A DNA stretch of 64,000 nt from Gekko japonicus (lineage: Eukaryota), in the NCBI RefSeq assembly GCF_001447785.1, contig NW_015160215.1, positions 1,045,616 to 1,109,615 of the forward strand, read 5' to 3'. The translations under genes and the position numbers were made by a program. Under the pieces are notes generated by a model. The model was not told the DNA's origin, did no database searches, and saw only the letters and a list, made by a program, of their open reading frames with translations. Positions 11,926 to 24,456 of this stretch are shown piece by piece; the stretch's first letter is position 1; every line of letters starts with the position of its first letter.

Positions 11926-13020
11926 CATATCACAATGCTCATAACAATTTGGGATTATATTCAACAAATAGATTTCCAGTAGCAGTTTTAAATTGATATC
12001 CAGTATTTCAATTATTATCTTATTGACATTTTGCCAAAATCTATATATTTTTCCACACCTCCATCACATATGAAAAAAAGTTCCTATAATAGTTTTACAT
12101 CTCCAACAATTCTTAGAGGCCGATTTATAACTTTTAGCAATTTTGTCTGGTGACCAGTACCACCTATGGAATAGTTTGTATATATTTTCTTTAAATGAAG
12201 TTGCTCTTAGCAATTTCATTATCTTCCATATTTTAAGCCAATCATCTAACTGGATATTATACCCTATGTCTTGCATCCATGTTATCATACAGGTTTTTAT
12301 TATTTCATCTTGCATGTAGTCTTCTATGAGAAAGTTGTATATTTTTGTATCAATTTATCATTGGATGAGTGCCATATTTTATCCAAATCTGATTTAGTCA
12401 TATAAAAACCAACTACTTTATCTTTACTATATCTTGATTGTAATTGAATAGATTCCCACCAAGTGAGATTTATATCAATCCGTTTTAAGTTTTCTGTTGT
12501 TCTTAAATTATTGGAGTCATCTAGCAAAATATCATAAGATCCTCTCTTTTTTCTGTCATGAGTGTTGGTTTTATGAATGCTTCTAATGGGGAAATCCATT
12601 TTGGAGTTTTTGTATAGTATTTTTCTTTTATTTTCTTCCAGATTTTTATTAATGCTTCTCTAATGATGTGTTGGTGGAAGTTTGCATGTATTTTATCTTT
12701 CTCATACCAGATATAAGCATGCCACTCCATGCTTAAATCATGAACTTCTAAATGTAATGTTCTCCAATTTTCGAGTAATATCCATTCTTTGATCCATCCC
12801 AAAGCGGTAGCTTGATAATATAGAGACCAGTTGGGTACTCCAAATCCACATCTCTCTTTTTTGTCTTGTAGCACTTTCCATTTAATTCATGTTTTTTGGG
12901 GGAACCAAATAAATAGTCTAATAATTTTGTCAAGATCTGAAAAATATTGAACTTTTTTTAGAATTGGTAAGTTTTGTGCCAAAAATAAAAAATGGGGAAG
13001 TATGTTCATTTTAATTGTTG
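11926..13020 (-). mobile_element. Degraded L1 ORF2 3' fragment
   Basis: IKMNILPHFLFL, GFGVPNWSLYY, CWRCK..GTFFHM; homologous to the C-terminus of the 47057-50809 ORF2; frameshifted. Confidence 0.9.
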
Positions 13021-13729
13021 CTTCATCCACCAGCTGCCTTGCCATAGCATGGCCACACCTCCCCAACTGGGTCCACATACTATGAGCCCCCATCTATGCT
13101 GGAGCCATCCTCAACCAGAGGCCTCCAAGTTTACACTGACCCACACAAGACTGCTTGCCTATATGTGAGGATAACCACTCCTCATGAGAGGCTTGAGTGG
13201 AGCATAAATGGCTCCAATTGCTCACTCACCTGGAAATGTCTGGGCTTCGGATGCAGATGTGCACTGTGGCACTTAAATTGCTACTGTCTGGCTTGTGGCT
13301 TCATTGTGGTTTTGTATGTTAGCTTCCTTGGTCCCTCTCACATCTCTGCCAGTCCAGGAAGGCCCAGAACTGCATCAGGCAGCCATCAGGGGGCAGGAAT
13401 TTCACTGGAACATGGAGTCTCCCTCCTGACCAAGCCAGGGTAGCCAGGTAAGTGCAGGGGAGAGGAGATGTCACACCCAGAGAGTACATGTGTCTGAAGA
13501 GAGCTTATGCTAGAATAACCTTTTTACTCATTAAGAAGCCACTGGACTTCTCATTTATTTTACCACCTAGATTAGTTATCAGCTGTGGAAAATATCTGCA
13601 GCTCAACACATGTTTCCAGAGATCTGAAAGCATATTCTGGAGATGAGGTCCCTCTTCCTCCAACGCAAGTGCCATCACTAAGGCCATGGAGGGGGGGTAG
13701 CAGCAAAGCATCCTTTGACCATCCATGGA

Positions 13730-14868
13730 TTTATTTCATTTTATTTATATCCTGCCCTCCCCCGCAAGCAGGCTCAGGGCAGGTCATAGGATGTCAGTTG
13801 AACACATAATATATTAAAACATTAAAAGATAGCAAACAACAAAGCAACAATAAATTGACCTATAAGAGCCAAGTTCCATCAGATCACAATGAGACAGCAA
13901 TTATTCAGACCGTTCATGATGCCACCTGGAAGATGCTAGATTGAATGGTAGTTAAGAGTAACCTATTTACTGGTAATGCTCTGTTGACCTGTAAGTGGGC
14001 AAGTCACAACGGGCACTATAAGCACTGCAAAGTAGCACAAACCATGCAAGCAGTGCAAGCAGGAGAAGCCAAGATGAATCAGATGTCCACCACCTAAACA
14101 AAAGTCCTGGCAGAATAACTCCATTTTACAGTCCCTGCTGTACAGCTTCATTTTACAAGCCCTGACCCTTGTTGAGGCTAGATGTACATCTTTTGGGCCA
14201 GGAACTACCAGAAGGTGTTGCTCAGCTGAGTGTAAAGCTCTTTGGGTCACATATGACAAGCGTCGGTCCCATAAGTATGTTGGTCCCTGGCCATGTGGAG
14301 CTTTAAAGGTCATTACCATAACCTTGAACTGTATTCGGTACTCAATTGGCAGCCAGTGCAATTGACACAACACCAGGTGACTGCACGCTTGCACAAATGC
14401 TGCCGTCAGTAGCTGTGCTGTCACATTTTGTACTAGCTGCAGTTGCTGGATCAGGTTCAAGCGCAGCTCTGTGTCAAGCAAGTTATAGTAATCCAACCTG
14501 GAAGTGACCATTGCATGGATCACTGTAGCCAAATCCCGGGAGGTGAGGTAGGGAACCAATTGCCTGACCTGTTATAGATGGTAAAAGACTGATCTGGCAA
14601 CAGTGGTGACTTGGGCCTCCATGGAGAATGAGACATCCAGGATCATCCCTAGGCTCCTCACTCTTGGCGCTGACATCAACGGTGCCCCACCAAGGGTTGG
14701 GAGACATATTCCCAATCCCAGACCCCCATGATTCAGCCCAACCCCCCAGACTAGCTGGATGAGAAGGCACATATAGATGTTAAACAACATAAGTGAGAGG
14801 ATCATCTTTTGCAGTACACTGCACTCCAGTGGGTATTGCAGCAGAATCCTCTCCCCAAGTGCCACCCT
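13730..14868 (-). mobile_element. L2 LINE, 3' half
   Basis: VIHAMVTSRLDYYN, LQLVQN, LHWLPIEYRIQFKV; L2-type tail near 13730. Confidence 0.9.
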
Positions 14869-14930
14869 CAGGGCCGTAGCTAACAACTTTTTGCTCAGGG
14901 GGCCCAATTTTTGCTCAGGGGGCCCACCAC

Positions 14931-15882
14931 CAATGTTCCCTCTAAGCTGTGGAGTTTTGTGAGCAAAATTTCTACTTTGTGAGCTACTGCCATTAAAGTT
15001 GTGAGAGAGCAATTTGGCTGCCGCATAAATTAGGGGAGCCGATGATCGAGCCTGCCAAGAGGTAGATTACAGTGGGACACAACACAACCACTTGCTCTCA
15101 CAGTGGGCAGCAATCCAGCTCAGAGGTTCACCTTGCCATTAGTTTAGCAACTTTTGATGCCTCAGATTGGGTGTGTACATGCACACACACTACTAAAAAG
15201 CCTGCATGGAGAAACAACCTCCAGTGGGCCAAAGAAGAGGGTTCCTTTAGACATTGCACATTGGAAATGCCAGATCTCCTTGGGTTCTTTTTCAATGGTA
15301 GGTGCAGATGCCACAGAACGTTATGGAATTCACTTCAGATGTGCATATTATCTGCAGCTTCTGAGGGAGAAATGACACACCCAAAGCCATACGACACCAG
15401 AGATAATTTGGAAAAGGATAATAGAGGCAGCAGCAAGGTCCATGTTATTAAGGAGTCCTGCCAGCCCAGATGAACTCAGAAAAGACACCTTAATTGCACA
15501 AAGAGTGCAGCTTCCCAAGGAGACCCATCCCGATGCTACAAATGCTCTGTGGCCATTTTCCCCTTCACAAACCTCAATTCCACACAAACCCATCCCTGGA
15601 CCTTGAACTTCCAGCACGCAGCACCTTAAGAGACCACCCTTCAAAGCAGCCATTTTCTCCAGGGGAACGTATGTCTGCAATACTCCCTCTAAACTGCAAA
15701 GTCTTGTGAGCAAAAATTCTACTTTGTGAGCTACTGGCATTAAAGTTGCGAGCGAGTGATTTGGCTGCTGCACAAATTCGCTTGCTCTGGAGCCATCCTC
15801 CTTGAGCTAAGGCAAAAATGTGTGAGCCAGATGTTTAAAAACTGTGAGCCAGTTCACACTAACTCAGTTTAGAGGGAACTCT
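14931..15882. mobile_element. Nested MITE of the 'TGTTCCCTCTAAGCTG' family
   Basis: Inverted ends AATGTTCCCTCTAAGCTG / CAGTTTAGAGGGAACTCTG; related ends at about 21055-21116 and 33263-33465. Confidence 0.65.
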
Positions 15883-17497
15883 GGATCAGCTGGCAATCCA
15901 GGGGATATCTAGGCTCCTCCTGAAATCTTACTTCATTGGGCCCAAGCTTTCCCAATCAAGTGTAGACCCTTGCAAACTTTCTTTTCCCAGCCTGCCCTAT
16001 CCTAACTCTCTTCTCCCCCATCTGTGGGTTTCCCCGTTGTCCAGGCCACCCACCCTTAATTGCAACATGCCGTCAGGGGTCATTTCGTAGAAAAAGAGCT
16101 AGGGGAACTCATTAGCATAACTCATTAGCATATGCCACACCCCGACATCACTGGAAGTGTGTCATAAGACCACACCCCCTGACATCACCGGAAGTGTGTC
16201 ATAAGGCCACACCCCCTGTTGCCTGTGTAAAAGAAGCTATCCCACTGATCATGTGCAGAATCTCTTACTCACCAGTGAATAAGCATGGTCAAGTTCCTGT
16301 CTTCATCCCCCCTGCACCCTCCAAATCTCCCATATGGATAAAATGACAGAAAAAGCATAACAATAAGGGGGGAGGGGGGAGGGGGAAGACTCATCCTGGC
16401 GGCTTCCAGCGACGTGGGGAGTCCTGGCTGTGACGTGGAGAGGGGGAAGGGGGAGGTGGGGAGGACTCGTGGGGAGGGGGGAAGGGAAGGACTCGTCCTG
16501 ACCCCAAGCACCGAGGATGACCCAGCAACGTGGGGAGGTGGGACTTCGCCAGGGCAGACAAACAGAAGAGCCTCCTCGGGCAGCGTGAGCCCGAGGCAGC
16601 AGGCGAAACTGCTCAGGATCACGAGAAAGCCGTGAATCTCATAGCCAGGAGCCCCAGGAGAGCTCCCAACGCTGAAGTTTGGAAGACGTCGAGGCACCAG
16701 CAACCCAGGCGTTGCAGACCAGCCTAAGTACAAAAGGTGGAGCAACTGCCAGTCGCTCCAATNNNNNNNNNNNNNNNNNNNNNNNNNNNNNNNNNNNNNN
16801 NNNNNNNNNNNNNNNNNNNNNNNNNNNNNNNNNNNNNNNNNNNNNNNNNNNNNNNNNNNNNNNNNNNNNNNNNNNNNNNNNNNNNNNNNNNNNNNNNNNN
16901 NNNNNNNNNNNNNNNNNNNNNNNNNNNNNNNNNNNNNNNNNNNNNNNNNNNNNNNNNNNNNNNNNNNNNNNNNNNNNNNNNNNNNNNNNNNNNNNNNNNN
17001 NNNNNNNNNNNNNNNNNNNNNNNNNNNNNNNNNNNNNNNNNNNNNNNNNNNNNNNNNNNNNNNNNNNNNNNNNNNNNNNNNNNNNNNNNNNNNNNNNNNN
17101 NNNNNNNNAAAAAGGGATTGACGTGCCATGGGATCAAAAGGGTGGGGGGGGGGGGGGAAGCATAAATATGGCATGCACAGAAGTTATTACATGGATTTTG
17201 TTTCATGCATATCTTTGAACAGCCAGAGCTCAGTTTGATGACAGGGGCTGAGATCGTTATTGACAGCGAGGGGAACAGTCTCTTCTCAATCCCAAAAATA
17301 AACAGAAGCAGGGAGTGATTTTGAGAGTTCACACTCTCAGAAACTGAAATAGTGCCGGTAGCCGGGATAGCCGGCTCCTCAAGCAAGTCTTAAGCATTTG
17401 CACCAGACGTGATCTTATAGTCTGACCATCCCAGGGCGAGATGGAAGGGATCATCTGGCTCTCTTTGACCACCAGCCATTCCCTGCCGTATCCCTAC

Positions 17498-17763
17498 CTG
17501 TCGCGAAGGTCTCCTTTGCGGAGCCCCATCCAGGTCACTTCGGCCCGCTGCACAGACACCCCCCGGCAGGACTTGACCGGGCAGATGAAGAGCTCCGACA
17601 CCGACCCCACCTGCACCAGCTCTCCACGAGCCCGCCGTCGACGCCAGGCCGCGGCGGCCCCCAAGGCCACACCCCCGACAGCAGCGAGGGCGCAAAGCCA
17701 GGCGAACTGCGCCTGGCGCAAGAGAGGCAGCGCACATGGGGAAACGCCAGCGGACCCAGCCAT
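17498..17763 (-). CDS. MTARC: Exon 1 of a mitochondrial amidoxime-reducing component (MTARC1/2, MOSC); no further exons seen in the window
   Basis: ATG at 17763; N-terminal hydrophobic anchor plus RRRR; VGSVSELFICPVKSCRGV..MGLRKGDLRDR; phase-2 donor AG|GTAGG at 17497; CpG-rich. Confidence 0.9.
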
Positions 17764-18424
17764 GGTCCGAAGACACCGTGCGGGCCACCGACCTCCCTCT
17801 CTCTCCCTGACACTTTTACAGCCAGGCGGGGAGGGGGAGAGAGGCCTCTTTCAGTGCAGCCCCCCTCTGGCCCCGAGACGCCACAGGAACATCCCCAGGA
17901 CGCTACCGTTGCTCTTTCTTTCCTTGGCTCCAAGCACAGGCTGGGCACACCTCCCCCCCCACACACCCCTCGCATCTCAGACGCATTCCCAAAATAACAC
18001 AAGGGGCCTCTCTCCTGAAACCTGAAAGACTNNNNNNNNNNNNNNNNNNNNNNNNNNNNNNNNNNNNNNNNNNNNNNNNNNNNNNNNNNNNNNNNNNNNN
18101 NNNNNNNNNNNNNNNNNNNNNNNNNNNNNNNNNNNNNNNNNNNNNNNNNNNNNNNNNNNNNNNNNNNNNNNNNNNNNNNNNNNNNNNNNNNNNNNNNNNN
18201 NNNNNNNNNNNNNNNNNNNNNNNNNNNNNNNNNNNNNNNNNNNNNNNNNNNNNNNNNNNNNNNNNNNNNNNNNGAGCCGCTCCCGGGACGCCCCAGCAGC
18301 CTGCGGGATGCCGGAGGCAGCAGCAGCGGCGATGATGGGCGGGGGGGAGGGGAGCAGAGGGAGGGGGCCCGCACGCCCAGCAGGGGGGCCGGGCCCCATG
18401 GGCCCCACTCGGGCTACGGGCCTG

Positions 18425-19372
18425 GCCACCCTCTGTTCCTGACCATGGAGAAAGGAGGAAAGCCATTGTAAGCGATCCCCCGTATCCCTATGTCAGTGAG
18501 GCAGTGGGTCAGAAGATCATAATCAACCATGTTGAATACTGCTGTAAGATCAAGAAGCAACACCAGCACCAACCTGCCCCGATCCAGGTGTCTCCAGAGG
18601 TCATCTGTGAGAGTGACTAACACAGTCTCTGTCCCACAGCCAGGGCAGAAACCAGACTGGAATGGGTCCAGGATAGAGGTATCATCCAAGAAAACCTGGA
18701 GCCATTCAGCCACCGCTCTCTCAACTACCTTGCCCAGGAATGGAAGGTTCGATACTGGGCAGTATTCATACTATGTTTGTATTGTATGCTGGTCTTAAGA
18801 CCGTAATAATAAAACTAAACTGCTGGACAGTAATGAGCAAGGACTGCAGAGTACAGTGATAGGTTTTTTTCAAGAGCAGACACACCACTGCCTCTTTCAG
18901 ACCCAATGGAAATATCCCTAAAGACAGGGATAGATTGATTATATTCCCCAGTGGGGCCCAAACACCATCTTCACATGCCTTGACCAGCCAAGATGGGCAC
19001 CAATCAAAGAGGCAAGTGGTGGGCTTTACAGCTGACAAGATCTTGTCAACTTCCCCCTGGGAGAGTCAGCTGAAGTGGTCCAAACCTGGACCAGAAGACA
19101 GACAAGGGTTCCCTTACTGTATTAATTGTGGCAGGGAAGTCCTGGCAGAGTGACAAGACTTTTTCTTCAAAAAAGCTCACAAATACCTCACAGCCAATTC
19201 ATTATAATTTTGTTTGCCCTCTGGCAAAAATGTTAAAGACCAAATTGTCCTAAATAATTGGGCCAGGCAAGAGCTAGCAGACACAATGGAGGTCACCTAC
19301 AAATTCTTAGCAGCCTTCACTGCTACCTTATAGGCTTTCATAAACATCCTATAAGATGTTCTTATAGCTTTT
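18425..19372 (-). mobile_element. L2 LINE, 5' half (RT)
   Basis: IINLSLSLGIFP..KEAVV; LDPFQSGFCPGCGTETVL; LLDLTAVFNMVD. Confidence 0.9.
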
Positions 19373-19459
19373 TCAGGGCCGTGCCATCACCCTCGCTGCA
19401 GTCATATGAGTTGTCGCTTCATGCTCCATAGCTCTGGGGTGTACCATGGAGCTAGTTTG

Positions 19460-19716
19460 AACATAAGAACATAAGAACATAAGAGATGCCAATGTTGGAT
19501 CAGGCCAAAGGCCCATCCAGTCCAACACTCTGTATCCCACAGTGGCCAGAAATACCAGTGCCATCAGGAGGTCCACCAGTGGGGCCAGGACATTAGAAGC
19601 CCTCCCACTGTTGACCCCCCCCCCCAAGCACCAAGATGACAGAGCATCACTTGCCCCAGAGTCCCTATCTATACCTTGTGGCTAATAGCCACTGATGGAC
19701 CTCTGCTCCATATGCT
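19460..19716 (-). mobile_element. CR1 3' end with (TTCTTATG)n tail, fused to the PDCD5 retrocopy
   Basis: Reverse complement of the 3' part of the CR1 copy at about 22700-22950. Confidence 0.9.
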
Positions 19717-19854
19717 AAAAAATTTGTTTTCCCTTTCTGTAAAAAAAAAGTGTACAGAAAAACCGTGTAAACATTCCATTTATGGTTCGGTCAGGACAGA
19801 ATACTTTCCTCGACATCTTCCAGATGATTTGCAGTCGGCAACCACCTTTCTATC

Positions 19855-20244
19855 TCAGTCGTCCTCTTCCTCATCGGAATCCAATACTTTTCTTCTGTTG
19901 AACTTTACTGTTGTTTTCTTTTCGGTTTGCTGAGTCACTTTTTCAAGTATTTCTATCAATCCTTGATCTGATACCTTCCCACTTAACTGTCCAAACCTTG
20001 CCATCTGTATGAGATAATTCTCAACTGCTTTCGCCTTTTCCGGCTTTACAAGTGCTAAATTACTTAATCTGGCATGAGCTGCCTGATCCAAAACCTGAGC
20101 CAAGATGTTATTCCTCATTTCCACCTCCCTCTGCTTTGCTTCTTGTTGTACAACTTCACCAGAGGGATCCCTGTGCTTGGCCTGCAGCTCGGCCAACCTC
20201 TGCTTGCGCGGCGCCTCCAGCTCCTCCAGCTCCTCGTCCGCCAT
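19855..20244 (-). pseudogene. PDCD5: PDCD5 processed retrocopy, intronless, ORF still open (129 aa)
   Basis: [74 protein letters not shown]; UTR-like flanks out to about 19717 and 20294. Confidence 0.95.
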
Positions 20245-20751
20245 CGTCGCGCCAAGTCCAGGGACCGCGGAGGGGAGCGAGAGAGGCCGCCGAGAGTTTG
20301 GTACAAGAGTGAAGGTCAGTGGGCATGGAGGATGGGGTTACCTCCTTCTGGGGCACATAGAATTGGACTCCCTGGTCCAATCTTTTTTAAACTTAGGAAG
20401 GTTTTTGAGGAGAGGCACCAGCAGCTATGTTGAGAAATTGGTGACTCTACCTAAAAAACCACAGCCCTCAGAGCCCCAAATACCCTCAGATCAATTCTCC
20501 ATTATAGCCTATGGGGCCTATTGACTATAATGGAGCAGGAAAAAATTGATATGTTTTTGCACAACCCTATTGTGTTTTTCAGTATGGTTTGTAAGCTGCC
20601 TTGAGTCACAGATAAAAGTGGGGTATAAATATTTGATAATAAGTATTTTGGGCCGGTTGATAACTTCTGACACCAATTTCTGACAATCATTCCTCTTCTG
20701 TTATACTTGACCTGTAATGCTGGTTCTCATATTTCACTGCAAGAACCCCCC

Positions 20752-20895
20752 GGTGGGTAGCTCTATTCTCTGGAGGCCAAGTCTGCCAATACAGTGGAAA
20801 AGGGTGGGTAGACCTGTTCTCTAGAGGCAAAGTCTACCAATATAGTGGACTGGTTTGGGTAGACCTTTTCTCCGGAGCCAAGCCTGCCAATACAA
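20752..20895. repeat. Three degenerate tandem copies of a unit of about 52 bp
   Basis: GGGTAG(AC)C..TTCTCT.GAGGC.AAGTCT.CCAATA.AGTGG repeated. Confidence 0.7.
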
Positions 20896-21492
20896 TATTT
20901 TCTCTTATAATGTTTACATTATTCTTAAAATATAGTTTAAATATAATTTAAAATAATTTATTCTGAGATTTTTACGTTATGGAAGTAATTTTCTAAAAAA
21001 ACTAATTGATGTGATAGTCAAATGTAGACTCGCTCACAGGTTTAATACTACTAGCTTTTTTTTGCTCATGAGGCAGAATTTCTGCTCACAACACTGTGGA
21101 GCTTAGAGGGGACATTGGTGCTGGGGGCGATTTTGTCAAAATTTTGCTTCAGAGAGCTGGCCATTCTCCACCAGCTCATCCAACAAACTGCCAGGGGGCA
21201 TCGAATCCCACAGAGCATTCTGGAACCTACTGAGTTCCTTTAGTCTCTATGGGTGAGCATAAATCTGCTTGCCACCTAAACAGGGAGGGTTATGCACAGT
21301 CAGCCAGGTCTTCAGGGTGCATCTTCAGTTTCCAGATTCACATTTATCCCTACGCCGAAAATAAGATCCAGCATGTGGCCCACTTGATGTGTGGGATCCA
21401 AAACAAATTGGGAGAGTCCCAGTGCTGCCATGGATGACACTAGGTCCCTGGCTTGAGAGGAAGCCGCATTATCAACATGGACATTGAAATCT

Positions 21493-21545
21493 CAGCACAA
21501 CTGAGAATTCAGAGCACAACTGAGAATCCAGCACAACTGAGAATT
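21493..21545. repeat. Three copies of AGCACAACTGAGAAT
   Basis: Direct inspection. Confidence 0.85.
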
Positions 21546-21833
21546 TACGTCACAGGAAACATTTTATATTGCATTTTAATCATTATTTGTATTAGATTCT
21601 GATACCTGGGAACCATCTTCTCACTGAAAAGCAGGGTTAAAGTAAAAATCAATAAACATTCCCCAAGTGTTCTGTCAAGGAATGAAAGTTCATTGTGCAT
21701 CCAATTGAATTCCCATGTGTACAAGCTGTGTACAAGCTAACTGTTAGCAAAGGGTTTGTTCCAAGAACACCATGCTGTTCAAACATATGAAGCTTCCTTA
21801 TACTGTGTCAAGTCACTGGTCTGTACTGGCTAC

Positions 21834-22080
21834 CCTTCAACCAGACTTCCAGTCTCTGAAAGCTGCAAAACAACACCAGCCATCTTGTTACATGACTCAG
21901 TATAGTAAATAAACAAACATATCTTCTGTAGACTGAATAAATGACGTAGTATTACTGTTTTTCAAATGTATGCTGTTGTGAGTGATACAAAGTCATTTAA
22001 AAACATTACTCAGTTCATAGTAGCTTTTTGTTATTATGTATTTTCTCAAGCAATGGATATTAATAGTATAACTACTATCA
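21834..22080 (-). pseudogene. GREB1-like exon; 5' boundary uncertain
   Basis: YELSNVFK*LCIT...FIQSTEDMFVYLLY; GG|GTAGCC donor at 21833. Confidence 0.4.
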
Positions 22081-22493
22081 CACGGGGGGAGTCTGCAAAA
22101 CTTTTTGATGTTAAAAGGGGTCTTCATATTCAAAAAGGTTGGGAACTACTGGCCTAGAGAAAGATGTGAATATGTGAGTTAAGATTCATTATGATCAAAA
22201 CCCTGCTTGCTCAATACATGTCCTACTCTCTGGTCATGAACAGGAGCCAGTCTGGTAAGCCATCTGGATAATGCCAAATGAACTTGGATATGTCCATTTG
22301 CATAATTTCAATGCTTTCTTCACATGATTGGACAGCTTTTTTTGCAGCAACTTACTACTTAGTGTACCTGTGTACCTATGATATCTGTCCATGAATCCGG
22401 TGCTCAGTTCTTGCCATCACTTTTTAAATGAATGGTACTGACTGTGCAGGTGCAAACAGTAGACAATGCAACCTAACAAATGTTATTATGGGA

Positions 22494-22950
22494 AAGAGCA
22501 GGTAAAGAAAGAGGTACTTTTCTCCCTTTCTCACAATACAAGAACTCGTGGGCACTCCATGAAACTGCAGAGCGGTCGGGTTAGAACGGATAAAAGGAAG
22601 TACTTCTTCACCCAAAGAGTGATTAACACATGGAATTCACTGCCACAGGAAGTGGTGGGTGCTACAAGCATGGACGGCTTCAAAAGGGAATTAGATAAGC
22701 ATATGGAGCAGAGGTCCATCAGTGGCTATTAGCCACAAGGTATAGCTAGGGGCTCTGGGGCAAGTGATGCTCTGTCTTCTTGGTGCTTGGGGGGGGGGGT
22801 CAACAGTGGGAGGGCTTCTAATGTCCTGGCCCCACTGCTGGACCTCCTGATGGCACTGGTATTTCCGGCCACTGTGTGACACAGAGTGTTGGACTGGATG
22901 GGCCTTTGGCCTGATCCAACATTGGCGTCTCTTATGTTCTTATGTTCTTA
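22494..22950 (+). mobile_element. 5'-truncated CR1 LINE
   Basis: TRGHSMKL..RTDKRKYFFTQRVINTWNSLP..FKRELD; TTCTTATG tail. Confidence 0.95.
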
Positions 22951-23474
22951 TTTGCTTGAAAGATATATCCAATTGTGCAAGTATGAATAGGGGACGAACA
23001 AACAATTTTCTGTGTTATAAAGTCATTCAGTGTAATGATATGATGACACCTATGGATATGGCATCTTCTCTAATAAATATTTTCATTCTTGCACTGGAGG
23101 AAAATACATCTTTTTAACCCAGGCTTTCAGTTAGGGGAGTTATTTTATCAGCTTTTTAATGGTCTGCTTCCACTTTACGGATAGTTTTCCTGCAACTTAA
23201 TGGCTTAGTTTTTGATGGCTTGTTTTAATGACTTTTTAAATACTGTGGTTTTTAATTGTAATCTGCCTCAAGCAGGATGCTGGTGACATAGAAATAATCT
23301 AAATAAATAAACTGCATCTTTACATTGTTTTATATGCGCACATGTACACACACACAAGTGGGAACCCACAAGGATTTGTAGGAGGCATCTCATTTCCACC
23401 CTCCTCCACTATTTCCTCTTTCGCTTTCCTGAAAGCCCTTGGAGCCTCTTCTGCCTCTCATTCCTTCTATCTCT

Positions 23475-23910
23475 ATGGTTGCCAACATCCAGGTAAGGCC
23501 TGGAGATCTCTTGGCATTACAACAGATCTGCAACTACAGAGATCAGTTCCCCCATTAGGGTTTCCAGCTCCAAATTGGGAAATTCGTGGTGATTTGGTGG
23601 AGGAGCCTTGGGAGGGCAAGGTTTGGGGAGAGAAGCAACTTAAGCAGGGTATAAGTCCACCAACCAAAATGGCCACTTTCTCCAGGGGAACTGATCTCTG
23701 TCATCTGGAGAACAGTTGTAATTCTGGATGATCTCTAGCCCCCACCTGGCAGTTGGCAACCTTTGTTCCTTGAGGAAATCACTGTTTTGGAGGGTGGAGT
23801 CTATGGCATTATAACCTCCTGAGGGCCCTCCCCTCCCCAAACCCCACACTCCCCAGGCTCCACTTGCCCAAATTTCTAGGACTTTACTAACCTGGAGCTG
23901 GCAACCCTAT
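23475..23910. mobile_element. 'TAGGGTTGCC' MITE family, nested copies
   Basis: GGTTGCCA/TGGCAACC ends; shared GGGGAACTGATCTCTG core also at 24536-24768 and 53760-55820. Confidence 0.7.
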
Positions 23911-24223
23911 CTCCTTCTCACTGAACAGCCAACCTACTTCTATCTGTGTTAAGTTTTCCCTCCTCACTCCAGCAAGCTCTCCCTAAGAGAACTGGGGTCC
24001 AGTTGTATGGCATCAGCTTCTAGACCAGGCTCACTTGTATGGTAGGAAAACTTCAAGGGCTTGAGGGGGGGCACCTCACTTTCCCTTGTACCCCACTCCC
24101 CACACCATTTCCTCTTTCTCTCCTCCTTGCAACCCCCAAATCCTCTTTCCTTTCCCTGATTTATTCTCTCCTTCTCAGCCATTCAATAGCCTACCTTTTA
24201 TCTGCCTCTCATCTTCCATGATA

Positions 24224-24456
24224 TTTATTATTTATTTATATCATTTATACCCCAGCTTTCTCCACAGTGGGGACCAAAGCAGCTTATATTATTCTCACAT
24301 CTTCCTTTTTATCCACACAACAACCCTGTGAGGTAGGCTAAGCTGAAAGTAGGAGACAGGTCCAAAATCATCCAGTGATCTTCCACAACAAGATGGGGAT
24401 TTGAACCTGGGTCTCCCAGACCCTACTCTGAAGCTTTAACCACTACACCACACTGG
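24224..24456 (-). mobile_element. tRNA-derived SINE, degraded
   Basis: Reverse A box (TGGTGTAGTGG) and B box (GGTTCAAATCC); AT-rich tail. Confidence 0.75.

Larger units (their letters stand above)
14869..18424. mobile_element. hAT-type non-autonomous DNA transposon with nested MITEs and an MTARC exon-1 segment
   Basis: TIRs CAGGGCCGTAGC / GCTACGGGCCTG; 8-bp TSD GCCACCCT (14861-14868, 18425-18432); L2 RT reading QRVA|LGER rejoins across it; two N gaps inside. Confidence 0.85.

Noticed and set aside
1-17497. MTARC exons 2 onward
   Set aside because: Scanned by eye for FWLV..TARQEP and GRDCG motifs on the minus strand; none found. They could lie in a gap or outside the window.
16269-18466. Long ORFs containing X runs
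   Set aside because: Artefacts of N gaps
20752-21545. CRISPR-like arrays
   Set aside because: Short tandem repeats with no unique spacers, in eukaryotic DNA
22160-22370. Extra GREB1-like exon (DISKFIWHYPDGLPDW)
   Set aside because: Protein-like, but frame and splice sites are ambiguous and no motif was recognised
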